DNA from: Lentisphaerae bacterium RIFOXYA12_FULL_48_11
GTDB lineage: Bacteria; Verrucomicrobiota; Kiritimatiellia; UBA8416; YA12-FULL-48-11
Length of the DNA: 64,000 bases
Direction of reading: 5' to 3'
Assembly (NCBI GenBank): GCA_001804885.1
Contig: MHBM01000243.1
Location: 28,119 to 92,118, forward strand
Position numbers and translations under genes: made by a program. This document shows positions 57,048 through 64,000 of the stretch, piece by piece. The notes beneath the pieces are model-generated. The model saw nothing but the letters and a program-made list of their open reading frames with translations, made no database searches and had not been told where the DNA came from. Numbering within the stretch: position 1 is the stretch's first letter; every line of letters starts with the position of its first letter.

Positions 57048-58568
57048 TCATGACTGAAGAACATATCTCCACATAACACGTATTTTCTCTATTACTCCGG
57101 CAATCCCCTGCCCCTGCATAACTTTTAAAATCAAACGAAACTGCCGCAAGAACCAGCGAGGATTAGTAAGTTTACTTCTGAGCCATCTTTTCATGGCCGA
57201 CTGGTAGAACGCAACAACATCTTTTTGATCCATATCGCAATAACGGACTACAGACTGGTTATTACCGTCATAGTCCTCCCAGTTCTGGCTCATCAATCGA
57301 CCTTCTTTCTTCAATTCGTCATAGAAAGCCGTCCCGGGAAAAGGTGTCGCAATACTGAATTGCGCAGTATCACTGTCAATTGACATAGCTAACTGCATTG
57401 TTTCTTCCATGGTCTGTCGAGTCTCTCCTGACAATCCGAAACAGAATGTGGCATGAGTCTTGAGTCCAAGCCGAGCGGCTATCCTGCAATTCTCAACGAG
57501 TTTTGATCGATTTATGGGCTTGCATATACGCTTCAACACTTCATCGCTTCCACTTTCCACTCCGAATTTCAGGCCTATGCATCCTGCCTCTCTCATTTTA
57601 ACCAGCATTTCCTCGTCTGTAATCATAAAATCAGCCATTGCAGACCAGTAAACACGTTTATTTAAATCTCGGCGAATCATTTCATCACAAAACTGCATTA
57701 CATGCTTCTTGTTCCCTGTAAAAGTGTCATCATCAAAATATATTTCCCTTGCACCATACTTAGCAATCACTTCTTCAATCTCGTTGCATATCAGGCCAAC
57801 ATCCCTGCTACGATATGCCGCATTACAGTACATCACCTGATTCCAAACACAAAAATTACATCTAAACGGACATCCTCTGGAACCGTGCATTTGCACCGCT
57901 GGTTTGTACTGGCAAAATGAATCCCAATAGACATCAATATCAGGAATCTTGTTCGATGGAAATAAATGACGGGCCGGAAATGGAAGCATATTGATATCAA
58001 TGACTCCAGTAGACTCCTGAAGAACTAATTCATGGTTCTTCACGTATGCAATACCAGGAATAGAAGAAATATCCACTTGATCTCGCAAAGCACGGACAAG
58101 AGCAGAAAAATTAAATTCATATTCTCGAAGCAGAATAAAGTCAATCACACCAGGAGCAAGACTAATAGTCTCTTTGGGCAACGCGGTTGCATGGAAGCCT
58201 GCCATACAGATTTTTATTTCAGGAATTTGCGCTTTTATTCTGGTAGCCATATCGACATCATGCCTAATACAGCCAGTTGCTGTCTCAAAAAGCATGATAT
58301 CCGGACGCAGAGCAAATACTTTCTCCAGAAACAATGATTCAGCGTCATTAAGAGCTATACTATCCTCCACGAACACTTCGACATTGCCCTCCCTTTCCAA
58401 TAAAGCTGCAGTGTATGCAAGGTAAAATGGAAACGGCATATACAGTGATTTCTTGGACTTTTGCTTAACAATAGAAAAAGGCCAGCGCGAGCCAGCGCGA
58501 ATGTAGAATTGTTCCTCATTCTCGTTAATCTCATTTCGATAGACAGGATTTGCTAATAATACTTTCAT
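57048..58568 (-). CDS. cobalamin-binding-domain radical SAM enzyme (class B type)
   Basis: N-terminal Rossmann-like domain (KVLLANP...KICMAGFHATALP), then GSRGCPFRCNFC (CX3CX2C). 506 aa. Confidence 0.82.
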   Translation of the reverse strand: MKVLLANPVYRNEINENEEQFYIRAGSRWPFSIVKQKSKKSLYMPFPFYLAYTAALLEREGNVEVFVEDSIALNDAESLFLEKVFALRPDIMLFETATGCIRHDVDMATRIKAQIPEIKICMAGFHATALPKETISLAPGVIDFILLREYEFNFSALVRALRDQVDISSIPGIAYVKNHELVLQESTGVIDINMLPFPARHLFPSNKIPDIDVYWDSFCQYKPAVQMHGSRGCPFRCNFCVWNQVMYCNAAYRSRDVGLICNEIEEVIAKYGAREIYFDDDTFTGNKKHVMQFCDEMIRRDLNKRVYWSAMADFMITDEEMLVKMREAGCIGLKFGVESGSDEVLKRICKPINRSKLVENCRIAARLGLKTHATFCFGLSGETRQTMEETMQLAMSIDSDTAQFSIATPFPGTAFYDELKKEGRLMSQNWEDYDGNNQSVVRYCDMDQKDVVAFYQSAMKRWLRSKLTNPRWFLRQFRLILKVMQGQGIAGVIEKIRVMWRYVLQS

Positions 58569-59731
58569 AGAGCAAGAAAGACTTCTCCGACAATTCGTTC
58601 ACCGATATTGTTCCAATTCATTTCATTTTCCGCAAGTTTACGAGCATTAGATGCTATTCTTTCAGAAAGCTCGTCGTCATTCAGAACCTTGATCATATTT
58701 TCAGCCAACTCAAAAGCATCACTCGGATTAGACGTTAACCCCGCATTATAACGTTCAAGATATCTTTTTACTTCGCCAACCGCATTGGAGACGATTGGTC
58801 GTTGCGCACACAGGTAATCTCCTAACCTCATAGGAAAGCGTGCATGTTCTATTGGATTGTTTTCCATGGGCAATATTAAACAGTCGGCGGCACCAAGGTA
58901 TAAAGGAACACGATCAAACGGTTGTGCTCCCTCGAAAATGACAGCCGCCTTGATATTCTCAAGCAAAGAACTATACTGCGGCCCCACATTGCAATCCCCA
59001 ACCATCACAAGACATACGTCATCTATTTCTTTCTTAACTATCTCAAAAGCTCTAAACATTACCCCTACACTCTCGGTATATGTATTCCCTATCGACACAA
59101 AGTATCTTCGTCCAGGCAGCAATCCCAAGGATTGCTGTGCACTTATTTTTTCAATCACCGGAACAGATTCCACCGCTGCTCCATTAATGACTTTGATCTT
59201 GGGTGCAGTTATGCACTTGATAGCATCAATTCGGGCTCCTATCGACTCGGAAACATATGTAATTCTGTCAGCATATCTCAGAAAGAATACCTCACAGAAT
59301 GACAAAACAGCTCTCACTGCAGAACCATGCATATCCGCAAAGCCACCGCCCCACATATCATCCCAGTCAATGATTAGAGGCTTCCTCCTCAATGTCTTTG
59401 AAATCCATGCGGGAATTCCAATCTGCGGCTGTGCCACTGTAAAAGCATAACAAACGTCGAAACGGCCAAATAAAACAATAAAAGCTGTTAGAAACAGGCG
59501 CAATATCTGCCCCGAAAAATATTTATGGTATTTAAATCTCGGTAGCGTAACTATTGTAAACCCTTTTGCAACAGATTTACGCCTTATTTTGAAGTCGCAA
59601 GTTGAACCTGATGCACAGATCATACTCACATCGTAACCCAATCGCACTAATTGAGATCCAATATTCTTACAACGCCAATAAGTGCCAAACCATTCCTGGT
59701 TATGATTTATTATTAGAATATGCTTTCTCAT
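58565..59731 (-). CDS. GT-B glycosyltransferase
   Basis: ILIINHNQEWFGTYWRCKNIGSQLVRLGYDV at the N-terminus. The C-terminal domain has VGDCN...LILPMENNPIEHARFPMRLGDYLCAQRPIV. Confidence 0.75.
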   Translation of the reverse strand: MRKHILIINHNQEWFGTYWRCKNIGSQLVRLGYDVSMICASGSTCDFKIRRKSVAKGFTIVTLPRFKYHKYFSGQILRLFLTAFIVLFGRFDVCYAFTVAQPQIGIPAWISKTLRRKPLIIDWDDMWGGGFADMHGSAVRAVLSFCEVFFLRYADRITYVSESIGARIDAIKCITAPKIKVINGAAVESVPVIEKISAQQSLGLLPGRRYFVSIGNTYTESVGVMFRAFEIVKKEIDDVCLVMVGDCNVGPQYSSLLENIKAAVIFEGAQPFDRVPLYLGAADCLILPMENNPIEHARFPMRLGDYLCAQRPIVSNAVGEVKRYLERYNAGLTSNPSDAFELAENMIKVLNDDELSERIASNARKLAENEMNWNNIGERIVGEVFLAL

Positions 59732-59740
59732 TTACCTTCT

Positions 59741-60835
59741 TCACGAACATCTGAAACAAATTGGATGAGGGCGCGACTTTCTTAGAATTCTGAATTTTAC
59801 AGCTCTATCACTGTTCCATATTTCCGACAGTCTCTGAGTCCTTACATTGCCAAGCGAATAATTATGACAAAGGAACACTTCGCCATACGCATCAATCAAC
59901 ATCCCGGAATAGAGAGAATTGCAATATTTTACATCAAAGGGCATAGAGGAAAAGTATTTTCGATAGAACGCATGATCAGCATTTTTATATACATCGACAT
60001 TTTTGTTCTTTTTCGCATTATCCAGGAACTCTATATATTGTTCTATCTTGTTTGAAATAAACGTATAATTATCAGGAAGCTTCACCCCAAAAGGTTCACC
60101 CGAATATTGATAACGTTCTATGAAGTCTTTCTGTTCAGACGGCAAAGACTCCATGTAAAAATGTACTGGATAAAAAGAGAGTTTATCCCATCTCAATTCT
60201 TGAAACAGGCCAAGAATCCGTTTCGGAACCCGCAAGTCATCTTCCAGATCAATGTGGCAGGAAACATTAACCCTTGGATATGCCGACCTTATCCTCGCCC
60301 TTACGTTTAGCATATTTATTAATCCCGTCACAGCTGATGATGAATCGACATTATCCTCATTGGCTCCTGCAAGGTGAGACGAATCCAGTGATATTGATAT
60401 AAAATCAAGTCCTGCCTTTATCAAATCTTCCGCAACTCGTTCCGTCAATAAACCTCCATTCGTCGCGAGGTTACAGATCAATCCCCTTGATTTTGCATAG
60501 CGAATCATGTCACTGACATCATCGCGAATCAGAGGTTCACCGCCGCCAAAGGACAATATCGAGGAAAAACCAGCTATTTGATTGATCAACACATGATACT
60601 CTTCGAGGGAGAGCTCTTTTTGAATTGAAGCATCAACACCGCAAGCTTTCTTGGCATAGCACATTGCACACCGAAAATTGCATCGCATGCTCGGGCAAAC
60701 AATTACAGTTTCAGGAAACAAGCTTCTACCATGCATAAAATGGTAGTCAAACTTCATTCCCCTGAGTATTCTTTTTGCAACCAATTGAACCATTTTACAA
60801 GGATGACTCAGGGCCAATTTAAAATAATACCACAT
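59741..60835 (-). CDS. radical SAM enzyme with reduced SPASM/twitch-type C-terminal Cys motif
   Basis: CNFRCAMC is the CX3CX2C motif. FGGGEPLI is a SAM-binding motif. The C-terminal CX12GX4C (CNSLYSGMLIDAYGEVFLC) is followed by a terminal CFRC. Confidence 0.85.
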   Translation of the reverse strand: MWYYFKLALSHPCKMVQLVAKRILRGMKFDYHFMHGRSLFPETVIVCPSMRCNFRCAMCYAKKACGVDASIQKELSLEEYHVLINQIAGFSSILSFGGGEPLIRDDVSDMIRYAKSRGLICNLATNGGLLTERVAEDLIKAGLDFISISLDSSHLAGANEDNVDSSSAVTGLINMLNVRARIRSAYPRVNVSCHIDLEDDLRVPKRILGLFQELRWDKLSFYPVHFYMESLPSEQKDFIERYQYSGEPFGVKLPDNYTFISNKIEQYIEFLDNAKKNKNVDVYKNADHAFYRKYFSSMPFDVKYCNSLYSGMLIDAYGEVFLCHNYSLGNVRTQRLSEIWNSDRAVKFRILRKSRPHPICFRCS

Positions 60836-60855
60836 ATTATTTCCTGATAATAACG

Positions 60856-61560
60856 CTAAGGTTTTCTCGCCTCAACATGAAGGCTTCCCGTCATGTGTAC
60901 ATCCAGTTTTTCAACATCATCCATTTCACCCTTCCGGAAATCACACAAATTGATATTTATGAATCCAGCATACCTCAGCAACGCACACATGCTTTCATAG
61001 TCATACATCCACTTGTGATGACGAAGGAAATATTCGGTAAAACGTCTCTTGAATTTCGGTTTCACAGACATATTCATGTCAACTGGAAGAAATTGAGCAG
61101 AGAACCAGTCGCATCGCGTAAACGATATACAACAGTCATCAGGCAACGGAGGATCAAAGTCGTCGCTCGTCGAGAGGTATTTTTGTGCAATCTGTTTTCC
61201 ATCAGGAACCACAACCCTGATCAACCCTCCTGGCTTTAAAACACGATACGCTTCTTTAAGCATTGCAATAACTTCATGACGGTACAGGTGCTCCAGGAAA
61301 TGACTTGTATATACACAATCAACGGCATTATCTCCCTTTGGTATTCCCCGACGACAATCATGACATACAACAGGAGGCCACTTTAGGCCCAGGTACCCTG
61401 GCACGAGCAAACCAAGTCTTACACATACTCTAATTAAAAAAGGAAAACGTGAAAAACGTGCAACAATTGAATTATCATAATTCAACCATTGAGGCAGGCC
61501 TGAAAATCCACTGCCAAGATTTATTTTAACTTTTCCACAACCTGTCTGTGAAGAATTCAT
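60856..61560 (-). CDS. SAM-dependent methyltransferase-like protein
   Basis: INLGSG, SHFLEHL and LKPGGLIRVVVPD blocks are typical of Methyltransf_11/23-type enzymes found in glycan loci. Confidence 0.7.
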   Translation of the reverse strand: MNSSQTGCGKVKINLGSGFSGLPQWLNYDNSIVARFSRFPFLIRVCVRLGLLVPGYLGLKWPPVVCHDCRRGIPKGDNAVDCVYTSHFLEHLYRHEVIAMLKEAYRVLKPGGLIRVVVPDGKQIAQKYLSTSDDFDPPLPDDCCISFTRCDWFSAQFLPVDMNMSVKPKFKRRFTEYFLRHHKWMYDYESMCALLRYAGFININLCDFRKGEMDDVEKLDVHMTGSLHVEARKP

Positions 61561-61566
61561 AACCCC

Positions 61567-62769
61567 TCAAGCTTTAGTACAACCATCATCGATCAACATG
61601 CCAATTCTGTCTCTATAGGCTTTTTGAGCCATTTCGTTTTGTTCTTTGACAAACTTTGCAATATTAGCCTGAAAATCGATCATGGATTCATTCATGGCAA
61701 GTCCTAGGACATTAACCAGGGCTGACTCATCAACCGGTATGATATACCCTAAACTTAGTTGCCGTATTGTTCCCGCAAATTCGGTAATATCCGAAGCAAT
61801 AACCGGGAGTCCAAATGAAAAATACTGAATAATCTTTGTCGGAAAACCATAATAGGAATAATTCTCTGTCCCAACGGTCCTGTACAACGCAAACCCCATA
61901 TTACAACGTGAAACTATCGTATCGAGTTCGGGGCCAGGCAAAATCATACCATGAAATGTGACCATCTTTTCCATCCCGTATTTCTGTACATATTCCCTAA
62001 GATGCGACACATAGTCACTATGGCCAACGATATCCAGATGGATTGACGCCTTTGTTCTTGAATAAATTTGATACATACCCCTTATCAACATTTCAAGACA
62101 ATGGTCTTCCCTCGGAATTCCTATATAAAGAATCTGTATACCATCAGTATTTCCACGTTTTTTAGGAATTTTAAAAGCCATGGGATACTTAAGCATCTTG
62201 TTCGCATTCAGCAAATCAGCAGCATATTCCGCACGTATCGCATTCAACCGGTCAGACACACTCCACACCATATCTGCGTTTCGCGCACAAATAATATCCA
62301 ATCTTTTGTAAATATGTTTCCTGAAAAGTCTCTGCAAGAATGACAGACTTGTATCATGCCACGGGAACCAATCCCCACAAAAGTATACGACCTTTTTAAT
62401 CATGCCTTTGCCGCGTAGGCGAAGAGCCCAGGTACACATGTAGATTGAATCAGCAACCACAACATCGATTGGAGGCGTGATACAGGAGAAGACTTTCCTG
62501 AAAATAAGATAACCATTCAGCAATGGTCGCAAAGGTGATGGAACGTAACCAATAGGAAACTCTTTTGATACACGGCGCTCACCATCGAAGTATATAAACC
62601 TACACTTCTGGTTGATGGACGCAAGGAATAGTGCAGGCACATAAGAATCACGAAGAAAATCAAAAATACATTCTTCGTTATTACCTCCCCCCGCTACGCA
62701 TACAATTTTTGGCTTAATCATTGATATGTTACCAATTGTTTCAAATAAAAGATGCAACGGTCGAATCAA
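61567..62769 (-). CDS. GT-B glycosyltransferase-like protein
   Basis: Two-domain size (400 aa). The C-terminal block YIGIPREDHCLEMLI...YGFPTKIIQYFSFGLPVIASD resembles a GT-B donor-binding domain. The assignment is weaker than for the other GTs. Confidence 0.65.
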   Translation of the reverse strand: MIRPLHLLFETIGNISMIKPKIVCVAGGGNNEECIFDFLRDSYVPALFLASINQKCRFIYFDGERRVSKEFPIGYVPSPLRPLLNGYLIFRKVFSCITPPIDVVVADSIYMCTWALRLRGKGMIKKVVYFCGDWFPWHDTSLSFLQRLFRKHIYKRLDIICARNADMVWSVSDRLNAIRAEYAADLLNANKMLKYPMAFKIPKKRGNTDGIQILYIGIPREDHCLEMLIRGMYQIYSRTKASIHLDIVGHSDYVSHLREYVQKYGMEKMVTFHGMILPGPELDTIVSRCNMGFALYRTVGTENYSYYGFPTKIIQYFSFGLPVIASDITEFAGTIRQLSLGYIIPVDESALVNVLGLAMNESMIDFQANIAKFVKEQNEMAQKAYRDRIGMLIDDGCTKA

Positions 62770-64000
62770 AATTTATTGTTGATAAACTCCCGCACAAGCA
62801 AGCCTACCCCACGCAGGTAATCAAGCTTGCGTTGTGAGTGACATATTGTACGCCAATATTTGGGAGAAACGTAGAAGCGGATATGTGGCCAGACTTTATT
62901 CTGCGTCCGCCAGTGCTTGTGGACCCATACTGACAGATCGATATTATGCTGCGCAAAACGCAACGACTTTATCATCCCATCAGAGCCTGGGTTAGCAAAA
63001 CTGAGTAATCCATATTCTTCCCTTGTGAATTTACGGTCCCAGTTATTATATATTTCAGTGCCGGGATATGGAACAAAAGTATTAATTGCAACAATTTCCG
63101 ACTTTAACCGTTTTAATAATTGCAGAATATCTTCAAGATCCTGCTCCTGCTCCTGAGGCAGATTCACCAGCATGTTTGCATATGTTCGAATTCCGTACTT
63201 ATGGCAAATATCAAAAACATTTATAATTTCTTCAATAGTAATACCTTTCTTGATCAACTTGAGGGCACGGTTAGACCCGCGCTCGACACCAAATTCAATC
63301 TGGATACATCCGGCCTCTGCCATTTTCTTTATCATTTCCTCGTCGAGTGTTGATACCTTTGAAATACAACTCCATGGCATTTTAATATTATCCCTGAGAA
63401 TGAGGTTGCAAAAATCGATAGTATTTTTCTTATCAAGAGTAAAAAGATCATCGAGGAAAAGAAAGGCATCAACTTCGTACTTTTCCTTAAGTAGTTTCAC
63501 CTCAAGAAAAAGACTTTCGGCAGTGCGCATTCGCAGGTATTTCGCACCACCCGAGGCTTTTCTAACATATTTCGCCACACAAAATGTGCATTGCGATGGA
63601 CATCCACGCCCACCCATGATATGGGCAGCCCTGAGCAAAACACCTTTAATGGCATACGGAGAAGCGGTCGAGTAATACTGCATATCCACCAAATCGTACG
63701 CAGGAAAGGAAATCGAATCTAGATCATGAACAATATTCCGTGGTCTTGTCTGAATCATTCTTCCTGAAATGTCGTCGTAAAAAGCTATTCCATCGACTTG
63801 AGCATAATCAGATTGACTGCTAAGAATTTTTTTCGAAAGATCACACATGGTAATCTCGCCATCACCGATGACGGCAAAATCTATCGGTCGTCCAGGTTCT
63901 TCAAAAATACTTTCCGGATAGAGTGTTGGGTGCGCCCCCCCTACAACGATTTTCACGTTCGGATTTATTGCCTTGAAACGGTTTGCTAGATTCGTAACCT
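62766..64000 (-). CDS. cobalamin-binding-domain radical SAM enzyme (5' end beyond the window)
   Basis: The frame stays open through base 64000 (…VTNLANRFKAINPNVKIVVGGAHPT). GGRGCPSQCTFC is the CX3CX2C motif. 4-nt overlap with the downstream GT. Confidence 0.8.
   Translation of the reverse strand, partial: VTNLANRFKAINPNVKIVVGGAHPTLYPESIFEEPGRPIDFAVIGDGEITMCDLSKKILSSQSDYAQVDGIAFYDDISGRMIQTRPRNIVHDLDSISFPAYDLVDMQYYSTASPYAIKGVLLRAAHIMGGRGCPSQCTFCVAKYVRKASGGAKYLRMRTAESLFLEVKLLKEKYEVDAFLFLDDLFTLDKKNTIDFCNLILRDNIKMPWSCISKVSTLDEEMIKKMAEAGCIQIEFGVERGSNRALKLIKKGITIEEIINVFDICHKYGIRTYANMLVNLPQEQEQDLEDILQLLKRLKSEIVAINTFVPYPGTEIYNNWDRKFTREEYGLLSFANPGSDGMIKSLRFAQHNIDLSVWVHKHWRTQNKVWPHIRFYVSPKYWRTICHSQRKLDYLRGVGLLVREFINNKF

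Noticed and set aside
53501-60835. Reading the SPASM-like rSAM genes as a RiPP (peptide) maturation system
   Set aside because: No small precursor ORF fits in the gaps of 25 nt or less. There is no peptidase or peptide exporter. All neighbours are glycosyltransferases, methyltransferases or other rSAM enzymes. A carbohydrate substrate is more parsimonious, but this is not proven.
1-64000. Search for CRISPR arrays, IS elements or transposases, integrases, prophage genes, toxin-antitoxin pairs or known defence systems
   Set aside because: I saw no direct-repeat/spacer arrays, terminal inverted repeats or matching protein signatures in any frame. The accessory character of the window is confined to the 49-64 kb glycan locus.

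Overview
64 kb chromosomal window from a diderm, moderately AT-rich bacterium; I cannot assign a lineage from sequence alone. It carries about 58 protein genes, one tRNA, RNase P RNA and one FMN riboswitch. I found no CRISPR array, IS element, integrase or prophage.

Layout:
(a) 1-16.2 kb: a plus-strand housekeeping train: glnS, der, nrdJ, a small basic ORF, a Wzm/Wzt-type glycan ABC exporter, nadC, coaX, manC, ruvX, truA, rpe, lepA, lepB.
(b) 16.2-16.4 kb: a convergent gap holding a dif-like XerC/D site.
(c) 16.4-35.2 kb: a minus-strand train. In transcription order: trmJ-like, a T2SS operon (gspE-F-G-H-I-J-K-L-M-D), rplM-rpsI, an FMN-riboswitch-controlled ribBA-ribH-nusB-ribD-ribE operon, a Zn-ribbon coiled-coil gene, rnpB, and an unlinked gspC-like gene.
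(d) 35.3-48.9 kb: Lrp plus aminotransferase, a Zn-ribbon-EIIA fusion, tRNA-Ser, htrA, then an amino-sugar block: glmS, a beta-helix protein, glmM, and a PIG-L deacetylase / DegT aminotransferase / Gfo-Idh-MocA oxidoreductase / nagB operon.
(e) 49.2-64.0 kb: an accessory glycan locus that runs off the window. Its tightly coupled minus-strand operon has four GT-B glycosyltransferases, two cobalamin-type radical SAM enzymes, two radical SAM enzymes with a reduced SPASM/twitch Cys motif, a methyltransferase and a GH172/DUF2961-like lipoprotein. A Wzx-like exporter and a second methyltransferase sit beside it on the plus strand.

The best candidate for an undescribed system is (e), a radical-SAM-dense sugar-modifying locus, possibly working with the adjacent amino-sugar operon. 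All functional calls rest on motifs read by eye. No database search was run.
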